DNA of 64,000 nucleotides. It comes from Sulfolobales archaeon HS-7 (GTDB lineage: Archaea; Thermoproteota; Thermoprotei_A; Sulfolobales; Sulfolobaceae). Where the stretch lies: the NCBI GenBank assembly GCA_019704295.1, contig AP024596.1, positions 1,248,001 to 1,312,000 on the forward strand, given 5' to 3'. A program made the translations under genes and the position numbers. Positions within the stretch are counted from its first letter, which is position 1. Each line of letters opens with the position of its first letter. The notes under the pieces are model-generated. The model searched no databases. It was not told where the DNA came from and saw only the letters and a program-made list of their open reading frames with translations. Of the stretch, positions 30,960 through 43,232 are shown piece after piece.

Positions 30960-33382
30960 CTCGCCAGAGTGTTATGTAAATAGCGTTAACAAGGATTGAT
31001 AAGCTAATTGGAATTTAAAACTTTCAATTGCTTTCTATCAAGAAGAATACAGCGGAGCTTAGGAAAGTGCTTGTTTTATAACCTATCTCGGAACTACACG
31101 AAAATCTTTTGACCAATTACGATATACAGGAAAGAAGTCCTATGGCTTTAGGTATGATAACGTCTTAACTAGGTTGGGTCTATGTCCCCTCTTTCACGTC
31201 TTAGAGAGGATGTTGACTTACTCATGGAGCAGTGTTGTTTCGCCAATTTTACTAAAAATGAGACAATTTTTAAAACATGGGAAAATCTCGCTCAAGAGAG
31301 TAGAAATTAGCTAAAAATTCGGTTAAAGTAGGGAAAAGATCAACTTTTATCTCAGAGGAAGATGCGTAACCTAGTTTTTATACGTATAGTAATACCTTGT
31401 GTATTATCAAGCGGGTAGAAATGAGGACGTTAAAGTTTAAGCGAGGGACTTGCAAAATCTTAGTATGAGGGAAATCAAGATTAGGAACAAGTCCCTCGCT
31501 AATAGTAGAGGAAGCGTTTAAGAAGATTTCCTCTAATCCCCGGGACATTATCAGGAGGAGTAAATCCCTCCTCTTGGGGAATAGAGGAAAGGATTACATT
31601 TCCCTTGTAAGACAAGGAAAAAGCTAGGTAAACTTCTGGGTAGAACCTTAGAGTTCTGGGGGCTGTGCTCGATCTTCTCTGATATCGTGCTTGGATTTGA
31701 CGAGACCTTCCTAGGTTTGGGTGAGAAGGAGGCGGAAAGAGTGGGGGACAAACTCTTCTCGGGAAAGGCCAAGGTTAGATCCACGGATATCTTGTCTCCC
31801 GTGAGATGTAACGTGGTTACCCAATTCGCAGTTCCAGGGGATCAAAAGCCCTCAGAGTTTCTTCAAGATTTCGTCAAGAAGGCTGTATAGTACATCAACT
31901 TGAGTTACGTTGTTGCTGACGCTGGATTCCTCAACCTCGAGATCGTCAAGGAGTTACCCGCTAAAACCGTGATCAGAGGGAAAACTAACTTGAAGGGAGT
32001 CAAGGAACTCTTTGCCCAGCCCCTTACCGTGAAGTACTACAGTTAACGATAGAACTTACGTTGCTTACAGGGAAGTAAAGTACGAGGGACTCTACTATTA
32101 CGACGTGATTTACGTGAAACACAAGGGGAAACCAACGCACTTCGTTTTCCTGTCCAACATCGAGGGAGATCCCTACGAGTTGGCCGAGACCTGCAGGTCG
32201 AGGTGACAAATAGAGGAAGGGTTTAAGACGAGGAAGGCTAGAATAGAACTCATAAGGAGATTGTGCAACAAGCTCTTCCTCTACCTGATCTAGCAATCCT
32301 CAACACAGCCTGGAACTTGTACCTCTTCCTCTCGTTTAACTTCAAGGCACCGAAAGAAAAGCCCGTTGCGTTTGACCAGTTCGTCAACCTCCTCTAGGCG
32401 TTTTCGAGCAGGGGATGGACTATGTACCTCGCTTTGAACTCGTGAGAAAATTTCAGAACTTATTGCGTTCCTTATCCTTAACTTGTAAAATATTCCGTAT
32501 CTTGACTAAACATATGATATTGTTACGCCCCTTAAGTTGACTTAATCCTATATTTCTATGTATAAGTCACCCTAATAATATCTTACAAGTATGAGATTTT
32601 TTGGCGAAACAAGACTGCTTATGGAGAATATATACGGTAGAAGTAAGGATAAGCTATCAAGGTGTTCATTAATTTGTTGGCCTTCCTACACCTCCTCCTG
32701 CATTACGTACAGCAAAAGGTGTTCAAGGCCTTAAGGAAGACGAAATTGATTCCCATAAGCTCTTACTACATAACAATAAAAGAGATCCAAGGACCTTCCA
32801 GGAGGCCAGCAGAGAACTCAGAGGTCATGACGCACAGTATTGTTATTAGTACGAAAACGGGAGGTCATTATGTGCTTATTAAGTAGGAGAAGAAGGACTC
32901 CAATTTCCTGGAGGCTGTCATGGAAAAGATGAGTTTAGCGTGATAAGCGCTTAGGTTACAACTAATGAGGCAGTAGTTAAGAGCTTTGAGGAAATAAAAT
33001 CCCTGGTAGAAAGAGGTTTAGATATTCCCCGGTAACTAGAGATATCACCTCTATTAGAGGTCGTAGTTCTATCTAGGAAGAAAGTCCATACCAGGCGTGA
33101 TCACCTAATAAGCGTAAGGCAGTGTCCAAGTTTAGGAAGTTAAGCTACAATCTCCGGAGGACTGTTATGAAACGGGCTCTCCTTTGAGACAATCTTCTCA
33201 GTCGTAAAGCGTATCCTCAGGGGGCCAATTATGGGAATAAGTTTTCTAGGACAAGAACTTGAGTCGAAATTCACTTTAGGCTACTCTTTAATCACCCGTA
33301 CGACCAATAAGGTTGTGAGTAAGGGATATGCGCAGCGAAGCGAAGGAGTAACGAATACGTTAAAATAATTACTGGATAAGCT
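30960..33382 (+). mobile_element. Decayed IS5-family element interrupted by a nested IS
   Basis: Transposase fragments on both sides of 31230-32617, including FETIFSVVKR (IS5 C1-type motif); boundaries approximate. Confidence 0.55.
31230..32617 (+). mobile_element. 1388-bp ISH3/IS4-like element with TIRs and 9-bp target duplication; transposase inactivated
   Basis: TIRs CAGTGTTGTTTCGCCAA / TTGGCGAAACAAGACTG; flanks ctcatggag / cttatggag; DDE fragments LGFDETF, VVADAGF and R..IEEGFK. Confidence 0.85.
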
Positions 33383-33520
33383 CTTTATACTATATTATTT
33401 TTTAAATAAATTAAACTAATCCACTAAGCATATGAGAGAACCGTCCTCTTACATGGGTCTTCAGCTCCATTAATTACCGATAAGTTAAAACTTAATAACA
33501 GTTAACATAATGTACTTATA

Positions 33521-35662
33521 ATGAATTCAGTGAAAGTAGTTATTGGAATAATTCTTATTATAATTTCTATTGGTATGATGGAATTTCTTCCCACTACCGC
33601 TAATGTCAATCTTCAAATCCAACAACCAAATACTTCGATACTTGCTAAACTCCCAGCTTTCAGTTTATGTCCGTATACTAATTTTACTTCTACTTATGGT
33701 GTTGAAAAATTCTATACTCCGACTTTTTATCGAGGTCTCATTTTCAACTATTCACTAAACAACTTGTCCGTGGTTACATCTAATGGAAAAACCATCATTA
33801 ACAACCGTTTCAATCCACCACTACAATTCGGATGGGACGGAAACTACACATACGTTCTTAGCATAGGACAGATACTCCTTTTAGATTCTTCTAACCTTTC
33901 TTATCGAATTGTTAATATCTCAGCATATGATAGGTTGGCTTTGGGGAAAGGTTTCGTTTTCCTGACAATTAACTCATCCAGTTTTGCTCTTATTAACGGA
34001 ATTTATATGACGGTAGTACCCTATGAATTCCAGAATTACTCTTCTGATGGAAACAACTATTTCGTCTATCAACCTTATCCGGGATATTTCTTTATACCTA
34101 ATGGTACCAATGTCTTCATTTATGCAGGTCTAAGACCTAGCTATAATATACGAAACGTTCTTTTCTATTATAACGGTGGCATCCATTTCATTGCTTCATT
34201 TAAAAATTTTATTATTACTACCAATTCAACTTTCATATTATTTTCGAACGGATCTCTTGGTGAGGTAAATCATCCCGTTTATTGCCCTATAAAGTATAAT
34301 GGGGGGTTAGCTGGAATAGGCTTTAGTATTAAGGGAAACTCAGTTATACTTTCGTACTTCACGTGCTTCTTAGGACAAGTAAACGAGCGCGGAAAAATTC
34401 CAGTTCAAATCGGTCATTATAACTTTACAGAGAATTTGGGAGTATTTAAGGACTACTTATGTGCTTATGAATACGTTATATCCCCTAATAATTCGACGCA
34501 TGGAGAAATAGCGATAGCTTTCCCAAATTTATCTATAAATATTTTAAACATTACGAAATACGCCTCAGTTCATTTAGCGCTTAGCAACAATAAGGGATCG
34601 GCATACTTTGCATTCCCATGGAGTAAATCCTACGAAAGACTATACTACATATCTCCGCCTAATGTTACGTACTTAGGCACATTTCTAAATGTCACGGAGA
34701 TAGGAGATTTCTTCTTCGGGTTAAATAAAACGTCAGTAGGGAACATTTCAATTGAGTACAAGGGATCGTCGATTGTTAATGTCTTCCCATACTCGCTTTT
34801 CTTAAGGTCAGAAAATATTACCTTTTTTGTATCTATAGGAGATGGAAAAACCATAATATCGGAGTATTATTCCAATGGGACTATCAACCAAGTTCAACTG
34901 AATTTCTCTGCGGTGAATGTAGGCGTATCATACGATGAATCGCTGCTAGTGGTGACAATGCCCGATTATATCCCTTGGAATATTACATATCACCTAAATA
35001 TATCCAGACGGTTTGGAGAGACGATACCGATAGGGCGCGAGGGCGTAGTTGTATGCGGAGACAACGTATCGCAACCTATATTTTTTGAACCTGGATACGT
35101 GTGTGATTTAAATCAAAATGTGACGACCGGAATTGTGAAAGTCACTATACTGTATCAGTTCGGATTCTATAAACGACTAGCCTACAGAACAATAAACACT
35201 TACTATACGGAGACAGGATCCTACCTAGTAGGCGTAAAAAGTAATGTAAGTAAAGTAAACGCAACTATCACGGGAAACTACTTTGGTATAGTTCTAAATA
35301 GTACATTAAATTCTACTATCTTGCTTCCGAAGGGGAATTACTCCGTCGCGTTTTACCCTATTATTTCGAAACCGGTTACTTTAATACCGTCAATAAATGC
35401 CAGTTACATCAACTCGTCCGAAGTACTTTATGTGAAATATACACCATTCACCATAACAACAACCCATAGTACACATAGTATCATAACGCAGAGCTCTATC
35501 ACGACTGCAACCTCACTTGCCTATACGACGGTAGGGGGGGTGTTAATAACAACTAATACTTCTCCCATGACGTTAGATCTATCCAAATATTTACCAGTTA
35601 TAATGGTGGTAATACTGATAATAGTAGCTTTTGTTGTATTTTTAGTACGAGGAAAAAGGTAA
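33521..35662 (+). CDS. Membrane-anchored cell-surface glycoprotein (beta-rich)
   Basis: N-terminal signal, many N-x-S/T sequons, Thr-rich linker, C-terminal TM plus RGKR. Confidence 0.8.
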   Translation: MNSVKVVIGIILIIISIGMMEFLPTTANVNLQIQQPNTSILAKLPAFSLCPYTNFTSTYGVEKFYTPTFYRGLIFNYSLNNLSVVTSNGKTIINNRFNPPLQFGWDGNYTYVLSIGQILLLDSSNLSYRIVNISAYDRLALGKGFVFLTINSSSFALINGIYMTVVPYEFQNYSSDGNNYFVYQPYPGYFFIPNGTNVFIYAGLRPSYNIRNVLFYYNGGIHFIASFKNFIITTNSTFILFSNGSLGEVNHPVYCPIKYNGGLAGIGFSIKGNSVILSYFTCFLGQVNERGKIPVQIGHYNFTENLGVFKDYLCAYEYVISPNNSTHGEIAIAFPNLSINILNITKYASVHLALSNNKGSAYFAFPWSKSYERLYYISPPNVTYLGTFLNVTEIGDFFFGLNKTSVGNISIEYKGSSIVNVFPYSLFLRSENITFFVSIGDGKTIISEYYSNGTINQVQLNFSAVNVGVSYDESLLVVTMPDYIPWNITYHLNISRRFGETIPIGREGVVVCGDNVSQPIFFEPGYVCDLNQNVTTGIVKVTILYQFGFYKRLAYRTINTYYTETGSYLVGVKSNVSKVNATITGNYFGIVLNSTLNSTILLPKGNYSVAFYPIISKPVTLIPSINASYINSSEVLYVKYTPFTITTTHSTHSIITQSSITTATSLAYTTVGGVLITTNTSPMTLDLSKYLPVIMVVILIIVAFVVFLVRGKR

Positions 35663-35795
35663 AGGTTTCTAAACGTTATTAATACTGAAAGTATAGTAAA
35701 GGTATTTTTGATTTTGTGGGTGTCTGCCGTCAATTCCGATTCTACTTTCATTTTCAACAAGTAATCCCCAAGTTTCTGGAAATACATTATTTTGA

Positions 35796-37340
35796 TAGTC
35801 GTGTTAAGCCAATTTTACTAAAAATGAGACAATTTCTAAAACATAGGAAAATTCCGCTCAAAAAATAGAAATTAGCTAAATTTCCGTTGAAGTGGAGAAA
35901 GGATAGATTTTTATCTTAGAGAAAGGCCCGTAACTTAGTTTTTACACGTATAGTAATACCTTGTGTGTTATCAGGTAGGTAGAAATGAGAACGTTGAAGT
36001 TTAAGCGAGCGATTTCCTAAATCTAGGTATGAGGATAAGCAAACTAGGACAAGTCCCTCGCTAATAGTGGAGAAAGTGTTTAGGAAGATTTCCTCTAACT
36101 TCCGTGACATCATCAGGAAAATTAAATCCCCCGTCCTGGGGAATAGAAGGAGGGACTACATTTCCCTTGTAAGATAAGGGAAAAAGCTAGGGGAACTATT
36201 AGGTGGTACCTTCGAGTTCTGGGAACTGTGCTTGATCTTCTCTGAGACCGCGCTTGGTTTCGACGGGACCTTCCTGAGGGTAGGTGAGATGGAGGTGGAG
36301 ATAGTATGGGACAAACTCTTCTCAGGAAAGGTAAGTGCCGCGGATCTCTTGTCTCCCGTGAGGTGTGACGTGGTTACCCAATTCGCGGCTAGAGGAGATC
36401 AAAAGCTACCTGAGTTTCTTCAAGAATTCATTAACAAGGCTGTACAATACGTTAAACTGAGTTACGTTGTTGCAGACACTGGATTCCTCAACCTCGAGTT
36501 ACTCAAGGAGTTACCAGCGGAAGCCGTGAACAGGTAAAGAACAATTTCCACGGGGAAAACACGTAACATTAAGGATGAGGATAGCGAGTCCCTACAATGG
36601 TTTACTCTTAAAAGGTGCAAGTTTACAAAGAGTAAGAACGTGGAGAAATTCAACGTTGACTTAGGTACCGTTCTAAGCTTGCTGCTCGCATAGCCGTGTT
36701 AGAGACGAAGTGTATAGTGTCTTAAAGGGAGGGAAGGAACTCTTTGCCCAACTCCTTACCGTGAACTACTACATAGTTAAGAACAGAGCATACGTTACCG
36801 ACAGGGTGATAGAGTACAAGGGACTCTACTATTACGATGTGATTTACGTGAAACACAAGGAGAGACCAAAGCACTTTATTTTTATATCCATCATCAAGGG
36901 AGATCCCTACATGTTGACCAAGACCTACAGGTTGAGATATTGAGCAAGAATTTAAGGCGAGAAAACGAGGATTGAACTCATCAGGAGGTTGTGCAATAAA
37001 CCCTACCCGATCTACGCGCTCCTCGACACTTCCTGTAACTCGTATCTCTTCCTTTCGTTTAACTTCAAGGCAATGGGGAAAAGCCCCTAGCGTTTGAATG
37101 ATTCGTCAATCTCCCCTAGGCTTTTTCCAGCTTCAGGGTAGACTACGTACCTCGCTTTGACCTCGTGAGATAAATTCAGAACTTCTTGTGTTTGTTACTA
37201 TTAACTTGAAAAATATATCAGATTTTTACTAAACATATCATATTGCTACGCATCTTGAGTTAACTTAATCCTATATTTTCATACACTAATTACCCTAATA
37301 ATATCTTACAATCATGAGATTTTTTGGCGAAACAAGACTG
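35796..37340 (+). mobile_element. Decayed copy of the ISH3/IS4-like element carrying a foreign IS segment
   Basis: Colinear with 31230-32617, same right TIR ending at 37340; 36535-36710 matches 43400-43580 instead. Confidence 0.8.
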
Positions 37341-37705
37341 TAATAAACTATTTTGTGGTCTGTCGTGGGAGGGGAGAGGGATCCCTCCTAGAAGGATCAC
37401 CGTTCCTACCATCGATTCGGGGCTACATCTCTTTGAGGCACGGAGGTCGCCAGAACTCCCCTCATCTGAAAGAGGGGGCCCGTCATACAATGACTTTGGT
37501 TCCCGTGATAATAATGAAGCACGATGATAACAGTTGTTCCTAACGCACTCCCACTAACTCTCCCCAATCGAGTTTGAAAGGAGCACCGTTAGCTTACTGT
37601 AAGGTATCTCGATAAAGGGTACTTACGTAAGGGCTATCTCTGGTATGAAGTCTTGGGCCCCTTAACCTCGATTTCATAAATTACTTCTCTACTCAACAAC
37701 TTATT

Positions 37706-38221
37706 TTATCCAACTAACCGTATGTATACTCCACTTATGTTCAGGTAAAGTATACCTCCAGTGTTCTGAGTTATTCCTCCGGAAGCCCCTATAGGAACGA
37801 CTAACCAATATATTACCCTGGGATATATCGTTAGGGGAAAAGTCACTTGTTGTTTATTAATTGAGTTATAGCCCTGAGAATAATTACATATATAATAGGT
37901 TCCCGTTAGCGGGGATAGTTTCCCGGTTTTAGGATTATACAGTAGAATATTGCTCACGCGTACTAGAAAATTTCCAACATCTTCAAAATAATACACGTAG
38001 TAACTACTGTTGCTATATACGTTAAGCGTTACTATTATTTTTCCCGAACTTATTATTGATTTTTCAACTGAGGATGAGATCCCCGCTCTATCGACGTAAT
38101 ATTCCCTAAGGAAATAGTAGTACGCATATCCCATCGCCATAAGGGTTATCAATATGAGTAATACCGATGCAACTGTTTCTGATACGGCGACTCTGCTTCC
38201 ATTTTTCTTTTCGACTCTCAT
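37706..38221 (-). CDS. Minor pilin 3b
   Basis: SRVA|VSETVASVLLILITL; paralog of 30421-30891. Confidence 0.85.
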   Translation of the reverse strand: MRVEKKNGSRVAVSETVASVLLILITLMAMGYAYYYFLREYYVDRAGISSSVEKSIISSGKIIVTLNVYSNSSYYVYYFEDVGNFLVRVSNILLYNPKTGKLSPLTGTYYICNYSQGYNSINKQQVTFPLTIYPRVIYWLVVPIGASGGITQNTGGILYLNISGVYIRLVG

Positions 38222-38230
38222 CCGATCACC

Positions 38231-38680
38231 CTATATCGAACTATAGTACTCATTTCCGTACATGGTTGTCACTATAATTCCCTGTAAATTGGGGTATTCT
38301 GATAAGTTAATGATAGTTGTCAACCTCTGTTGAGGGCTAATACATCTGCCCACCAAATTACTGGTTATAGCTATGAGAGATCCGTTTTGAACACCATTAA
38401 CCTCTGAAACGCCGAAAATCCCGGTGATTTTAGTTTCTATCGGTCCGTTATTAATTACGTTAACTACAATTGCTGGAGAACCGTCAACCGTTTCCTCGCA
38501 CAGTATAACTAATAAGCTCTCTCTATGCTTTAATACCTTCACTTCATCTATACACTTATATTCGTTGTTCACTTGAGATATTATCATCTGAGCATAAAGT
38601 ATTGACGATAAGGTTATAAGAAATATTCCAATTACGGCTATCATAACAATTATTGAACTTTGGGCTCTCTTGATTGACAT
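38231..38680 (-). CDS. Minor pilin 2b
   Basis: MSIKRA|QSSIIVMIAV; paralog of 29991-30416. Confidence 0.85.
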   Translation of the reverse strand: MSIKRAQSSIIVMIAVIGIFLITLSSILYAQMIISQVNNEYKCIDEVKVLKHRESLLVILCEETVDGSPAIVVNVINNGPIETKITGIFGVSEVNGVQNGSLIAITSNLVGRCISPQQRLTTIINLSEYPNLQGIIVTTMYGNEYYSSI

Positions 38681-38682
38681 GG

Positions 38683-39204
38683 TTACACCTCCACGTAGAA
38701 TCCATCACTCTTAAACAACAGTTGGTTTCCTACTACTTTTCCGTTTATCAGCACTTTTGCCCAATACACGATATTAGGCAACAGAAGAATATAATTATTA
38801 CCGTTAATGAAAATGGGATCTACCTGACCTTTATTATCACAAAAGGTTATCGTACCGTAATACCGCGAGCTACTTGTTGACCCTAGGTTAGTAATTGAAA
38901 GGGGTAAAAGTTCCTTGCTACCGTTTCCCATACACGCAGCAAGAACGTATACAGGTAAATTCGACGTATCCTCTATGTAAAAGGTGGCATTATATTGACA
39001 TGGATTTGTGGTAGAATTGTAAAAGTAAACCACTGTAAGGAGTTGTCCTCCCTCTTGAATTATTTCCCTCTCTTTCATTAACATACCACTGACAGCTGCA
39101 GGAACTCGCGAACCGAAATAATAAAGCACGAATGACATAGCTGCTAATATAATAAGTATTAGAAGCATGGTGGATATTAGTTCTGAGACTCCTCTGTTTA
39201 ACAT
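38683..39204 (-). CDS. Minor pilin 1b
   Basis: MLNRG|VSELISTMLLILII; paralog of 29484-29987. Confidence 0.85.
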   Translation of the reverse strand: MLNRGVSELISTMLLILIILAAMSFVLYYFGSRVPAAVSGMLMKEREIIQEGGQLLTVVYFYNSTTNPCQYNATFYIEDTSNLPVYVLAACMGNGSKELLPLSITNLGSTSSSRYYGTITFCDNKGQVDPIFINGNNYILLLPNIVYWAKVLINGKVVGNQLLFKSDGFYVEV

Positions 39205-39600
39205 TAAATTTATTTACGCAAAGGGAATATATATGCTTTAATTAACATTACGATGTATCCATTTAGTTATTAAGAGCTTCGAAGCTTTTGATATTTTACG
39301 TATAAGAAGTTGATAAAGGCGTTAACTCTCCCCAGTTTCAGTGAGACCGTTATTAGGAATTTAGTAAAAAATTATTATACTTTAACGTAATTTAAAAGTT
39401 ATTATCAAACCTAGAGCACCCCCCTGAACGAATTTCAATAAATTGAAGAGCCTCCCCACATTCTTAAAGTTAAGAAAGCCTCGGCCTATGAATCAACTTA
39501 CGCTCATTCCTGAGGTCGCTTCATCAACATTTTCCGAAATAATAAGTCCTATCAAAATAAATTGGATAAACTTTATATTCAGGTAGGTTGCCCTACTCTT

Positions 39601-41844
39601 ATGAAAACTGGTAGAATTGAGTACGACTGTATCTTTAAGGGCATCCTAGCTCTTACGTTAATAGTGCTCTCTGTTATACCGATTTACGCCATCGCTCAAA
39701 ATAACGGTAATTCAACTTCGTATAAGTTGACAGAGTTCTGCGAACAGAGTTACGATTACAAACACGGGAGGATAATTTACGATTCCGCTCTTAATGCAAT
39801 AGTAACTTACGAGCACTATTCGCAAGGATTTATAATAACTTATCTGAGTAACCATTCAAGCTATTTCGTTGGCGTTAATGGTTCAGTGTGTTACGTCTTC
39901 TTTGATCGGCATAATTCTCTACTTTACGTTCAAACTAACAACGCACTTTGCGTCTATAACGGTGATAAGGTAATAAAGGCGTTAAATTCGTTAGGCGGCC
40001 TTAACTCGAACTCGAGTTTTGAATTTTGCTACTCAGCTGTAGATACTTCAAACGGTGAAATCTATGCTCTCGTGGCTACGTATATTTATCCTAATGAAAT
40101 AGTGGCTATAAATCCTAACAATTACTCAGTGATGGTGAAAAAAATATCGTCATCAGGGCTGTCCACTTTTCTAAACTCCATAGTATATGATAGTTACAAC
40201 AATAAGTTGTTCGTATTGGTGGATAGGAACGGAAATAGAGGACAGATTTACTCCGTAAATCCGTCCAATCTTAACTTAACCCTAATTGCAAATACATCAA
40301 TTGGATTTGCGATGGGATATTATAAGGATAACCTTTACGTTTTTGTGGAGAACACCTCCCCGGGAAATTGTACTGTGGATGTGGTTAACACGGTAACGGG
40401 AAATGTTACTCCAACTAACTTGAAACTTCCCTCAACTAATCTAGCAATAAGCTTACCTAACGGAGAAATATACGCTGGCACGAGTAACGGTACGTATGTG
40501 ATAAACGCAAATACCACCAGTATAGCGGCGGAAATACCAGTGACTCCAAACATTCTCTCCGGAATGGCCTACGATCCCAGCAACGACCTCGTTTTCATAG
40601 ACGGTACGAACCTTTTCTTGATAGCTGAAGTTAATCCCGTGAGTAATAGCATAACCGGATACCTCAATGCCTATCCGGTGGAGCCAGATTCTATGGTGTA
40701 CTTGGGGAACTCGATGTTGTACTTGGGCACGCCTAACTCGCATTACCTTTATCAGGAACAGCTTTCCCCATTAAGGATTATAAATCTCTTCGGACCATTC
40801 AGCAATCGCATAACGTCGATAGTGTATGATCCTGAGAACGGTTATCTTTACATAGGCCTGTATCACGATGAAATAGTTGTATTCAATCCCTCTAACGACT
40901 CCGTGGTAAAGGAAATCTCGTATTATCCAGATTTCGCTCTCACTAATTGCCTTGATTACATTCCCTCACTGAATGAGGTAGTGGCGACTACTTCTACGGG
41001 TGTAGTTGGAGTAAACGCTACAGATAACTCGGTGATTTACGAGTTCAATACGACTTTCAATCCAACGCAGATAGCTTACGACCTAAGCAACAACAACATA
41101 TACTTAGCAACTCAGGTGCATGATGCCATTTGCGTAATAAACGCTAAGAACGGAAGCAAGGTTGGAACTATAAACCTAGACGTCTCAGCAATACCGGCCA
41201 TAGCTTACGATCCCAATACCAGTTATATTTACGCGGCAACGAGTAATCCATCGTACTTTGACGTGATTAACGCTGACACTGGGAGAGTAGTATACAACGT
41301 ATCTATAGGTTTCAGCCCTAACAAAATACTGTACAATCCAGTAAATAAGTTAATTTACTTACTAGGTACCAGCGGTAACGGCAGCGGTGTAATAAAGGTC
41401 TTTTACCCATACGGATTTTACTTCATCTCCACTATAGGGATAAAGGGTAGTCCGGGGGCATCGGTAATAATTCCTCAAACCGGATGCTTATTAATTACGT
41501 CCTCAGCCGTAATAACTGAATATCCAACCTTAACTTACTTCAACATGTTATCACTAACGCAAGTAGTAACTCAAACAACGTCTCAAACTACGACACAGAC
41601 TACCACTCAGAGCAACACTCAGACTACTACTCAGAGCAACACTCAGACCTCGACCCAGACTTCATCGCAAACGACAGTTGAGCAAACTTATACGTCTCAA
41701 ACTATTTCTAGCACCTCCACACTGACCTCCCCTAAGCCTCCTACAGTGACCTCAAGAAGCTCCTTTAATCCACTTTTAATAGCTATCGTCGTTATTGTGC
41801 TCCTTATCATCATAGGAATAATCCTCATCTTAAGGAGAAGATAG
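39601..41844 (+). CDS. YncE/YVTN-like beta-propeller surface protein with Thr-rich stalk and C-terminal anchor
   Basis: Repeated (A/V)YDP.N..LY blades, probably two propellers; TTTQSNTQ repeats; TM plus RRR; TATA at ~39571 favours the ATG at 39601. Confidence 0.85.
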   Translation: MKTGRIEYDCIFKGILALTLIVLSVIPIYAIAQNNGNSTSYKLTEFCEQSYDYKHGRIIYDSALNAIVTYEHYSQGFIITYLSNHSSYFVGVNGSVCYVFFDRHNSLLYVQTNNALCVYNGDKVIKALNSLGGLNSNSSFEFCYSAVDTSNGEIYALVATYIYPNEIVAINPNNYSVMVKKISSSGLSTFLNSIVYDSYNNKLFVLVDRNGNRGQIYSVNPSNLNLTLIANTSIGFAMGYYKDNLYVFVENTSPGNCTVDVVNTVTGNVTPTNLKLPSTNLAISLPNGEIYAGTSNGTYVINANTTSIAAEIPVTPNILSGMAYDPSNDLVFIDGTNLFLIAEVNPVSNSITGYLNAYPVEPDSMVYLGNSMLYLGTPNSHYLYQEQLSPLRIINLFGPFSNRITSIVYDPENGYLYIGLYHDEIVVFNPSNDSVVKEISYYPDFALTNCLDYIPSLNEVVATTSTGVVGVNATDNSVIYEFNTTFNPTQIAYDLSNNNIYLATQVHDAICVINAKNGSKVGTINLDVSAIPAIAYDPNTSYIYAATSNPSYFDVINADTGRVVYNVSIGFSPNKILYNPVNKLIYLLGTSGNGSGVIKVFYPYGFYFISTIGIKGSPGASVIIPQTGCLLITSSAVITEYPTLTYFNMLSLTQVVTQTTSQTTTQTTTQSNTQTTTQSNTQTSTQTSSQTTVEQTYTSQTISSTSTLTSPKPPTVTSRSSFNPLLIAIVVIVLLIIIGIILILRRR

Positions 41845-41999
41845 TCAACTAAAGCATAAACATTCAATTTACCATAACAATTACTTTTTCCCCTAACTAA
41901 GGTATCAAATAATCGAGATCTGACTAAACTTCGATTTTCATATACCGCTGAATACTTCAAGCTTAAAGAGTCGGTAAGGAAGTTTAACTTCTCGTAATT

Positions 42000-43232
42000 C
42001 TGCATATTATTGTTGTGATTAAGTATTTTAGGTCAGGTTATTATATATTAAATTTAGTTTTTAAAATAAATTATATTTATAATACATAAGACATTATTAC
42101 GTGTCTTTTCTCGTGGAAGTTAGGTTGAAAGAGTAAATCCCTTTTGGAGTGCGAGGAAATCCTGAGTAAGATACAGGACGTAATTGTCAGGGAGTTCAAG
42201 GACCGCGAGTTCTCCAAGTATGAACGCGGTCTACTTGAGATGCTGATCGTGAGGGTACTTTTCGGAAAGTCGTTTAGGGGAGTAATTGAGCTTGCGGTTA
42301 CCAATGAAGTGGTCAAGGTTTTCCTCGGCGTAAAAGAGGTTCCCTCGAGGTCCTCTTGAACTGGTTTGTGTATGAATACGAAGATAGAATTAGGGATCTG
42401 CTTCTCAAGGTCTTCAGGAGATTGGAGTCTCACGTTAACGAGGAGCAACCTCCACCACTTCCTAGCTAAGGAGAAGTTCAGAAGGCAAAGGTTGATGGAC
42501 AGCTTTCCCGTGGAGCTTCCTCACGGGGAGAAGATCGTGGAAACGCACAGAAACTTGTACTGGATCTCAGGGAAATTGATCCAAGGAGGAAACCTCATGA
42601 AGTACTTGCGACGCTCGATGAGAGGAAAAGGGATCAACTTTTCTCTCATTTCCGAGGAATTACACCCTTGGGGACATGAGGGAAGCTGGGGAAAGAAGTG
42701 AGGCAGAGCCTGGTTCGGAGGGAAGTGCTTCGCCGGGTTCTCCTTAAGACCCTCATGGTTTGCAAGGTTAAGATAGTTCCGGCTAAAGTTTCAACTTTAA
42801 GTCTCCCGTTTGCAACGTGATCACGCTTGTAGACAGAGGGTTTGCAGAGAAAGGCAAGGTGATCAGAGTCAAGAGGGGCTTTGGTGTACTGAGAGGTGGT
42901 GTAGAGTTCTTTGACACTTTCCTCAGAACATGAGGCCTTACGCGAGGAGCATGAGGGGATTTAACGTCTTTGCCAACCTACTCGGCCTGGCTTACAATAT
43001 TCAGCGGTTTAGCTCCGTTAGAAAGCGCTGAAATCTCCACTTAAAACCCGGCTAGAGAAGCTCGTCCCTAGCCTTGATTCTCGAAAAATCGAGATTACTT
43101 GCAAGTGTACTTAATAAACTAGTTTTATATTGTTTCTTCACTAGTAATTAAGCGAATTTAATTCTAGATTTACGTGTTTTATAACCTTTTAGTTTATTTA
43201 GTTATTCACTTTAATTACACATTGGACACTGT
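42000..43232 (+). mobile_element. Decayed DDE insertion sequence with ..CACATTGGACACTG right end
   Basis: Broken transposase (LMDSFPVEL, LVDRGF); left boundary approximate. Confidence 0.65.

Noticed and set aside
37341-37690. GC-richer stretch with several 60-67 aa ORFs
   Set aside because: Probably an IS fragment, but no convincing motif or termini; the ORFs are not credible proteins.
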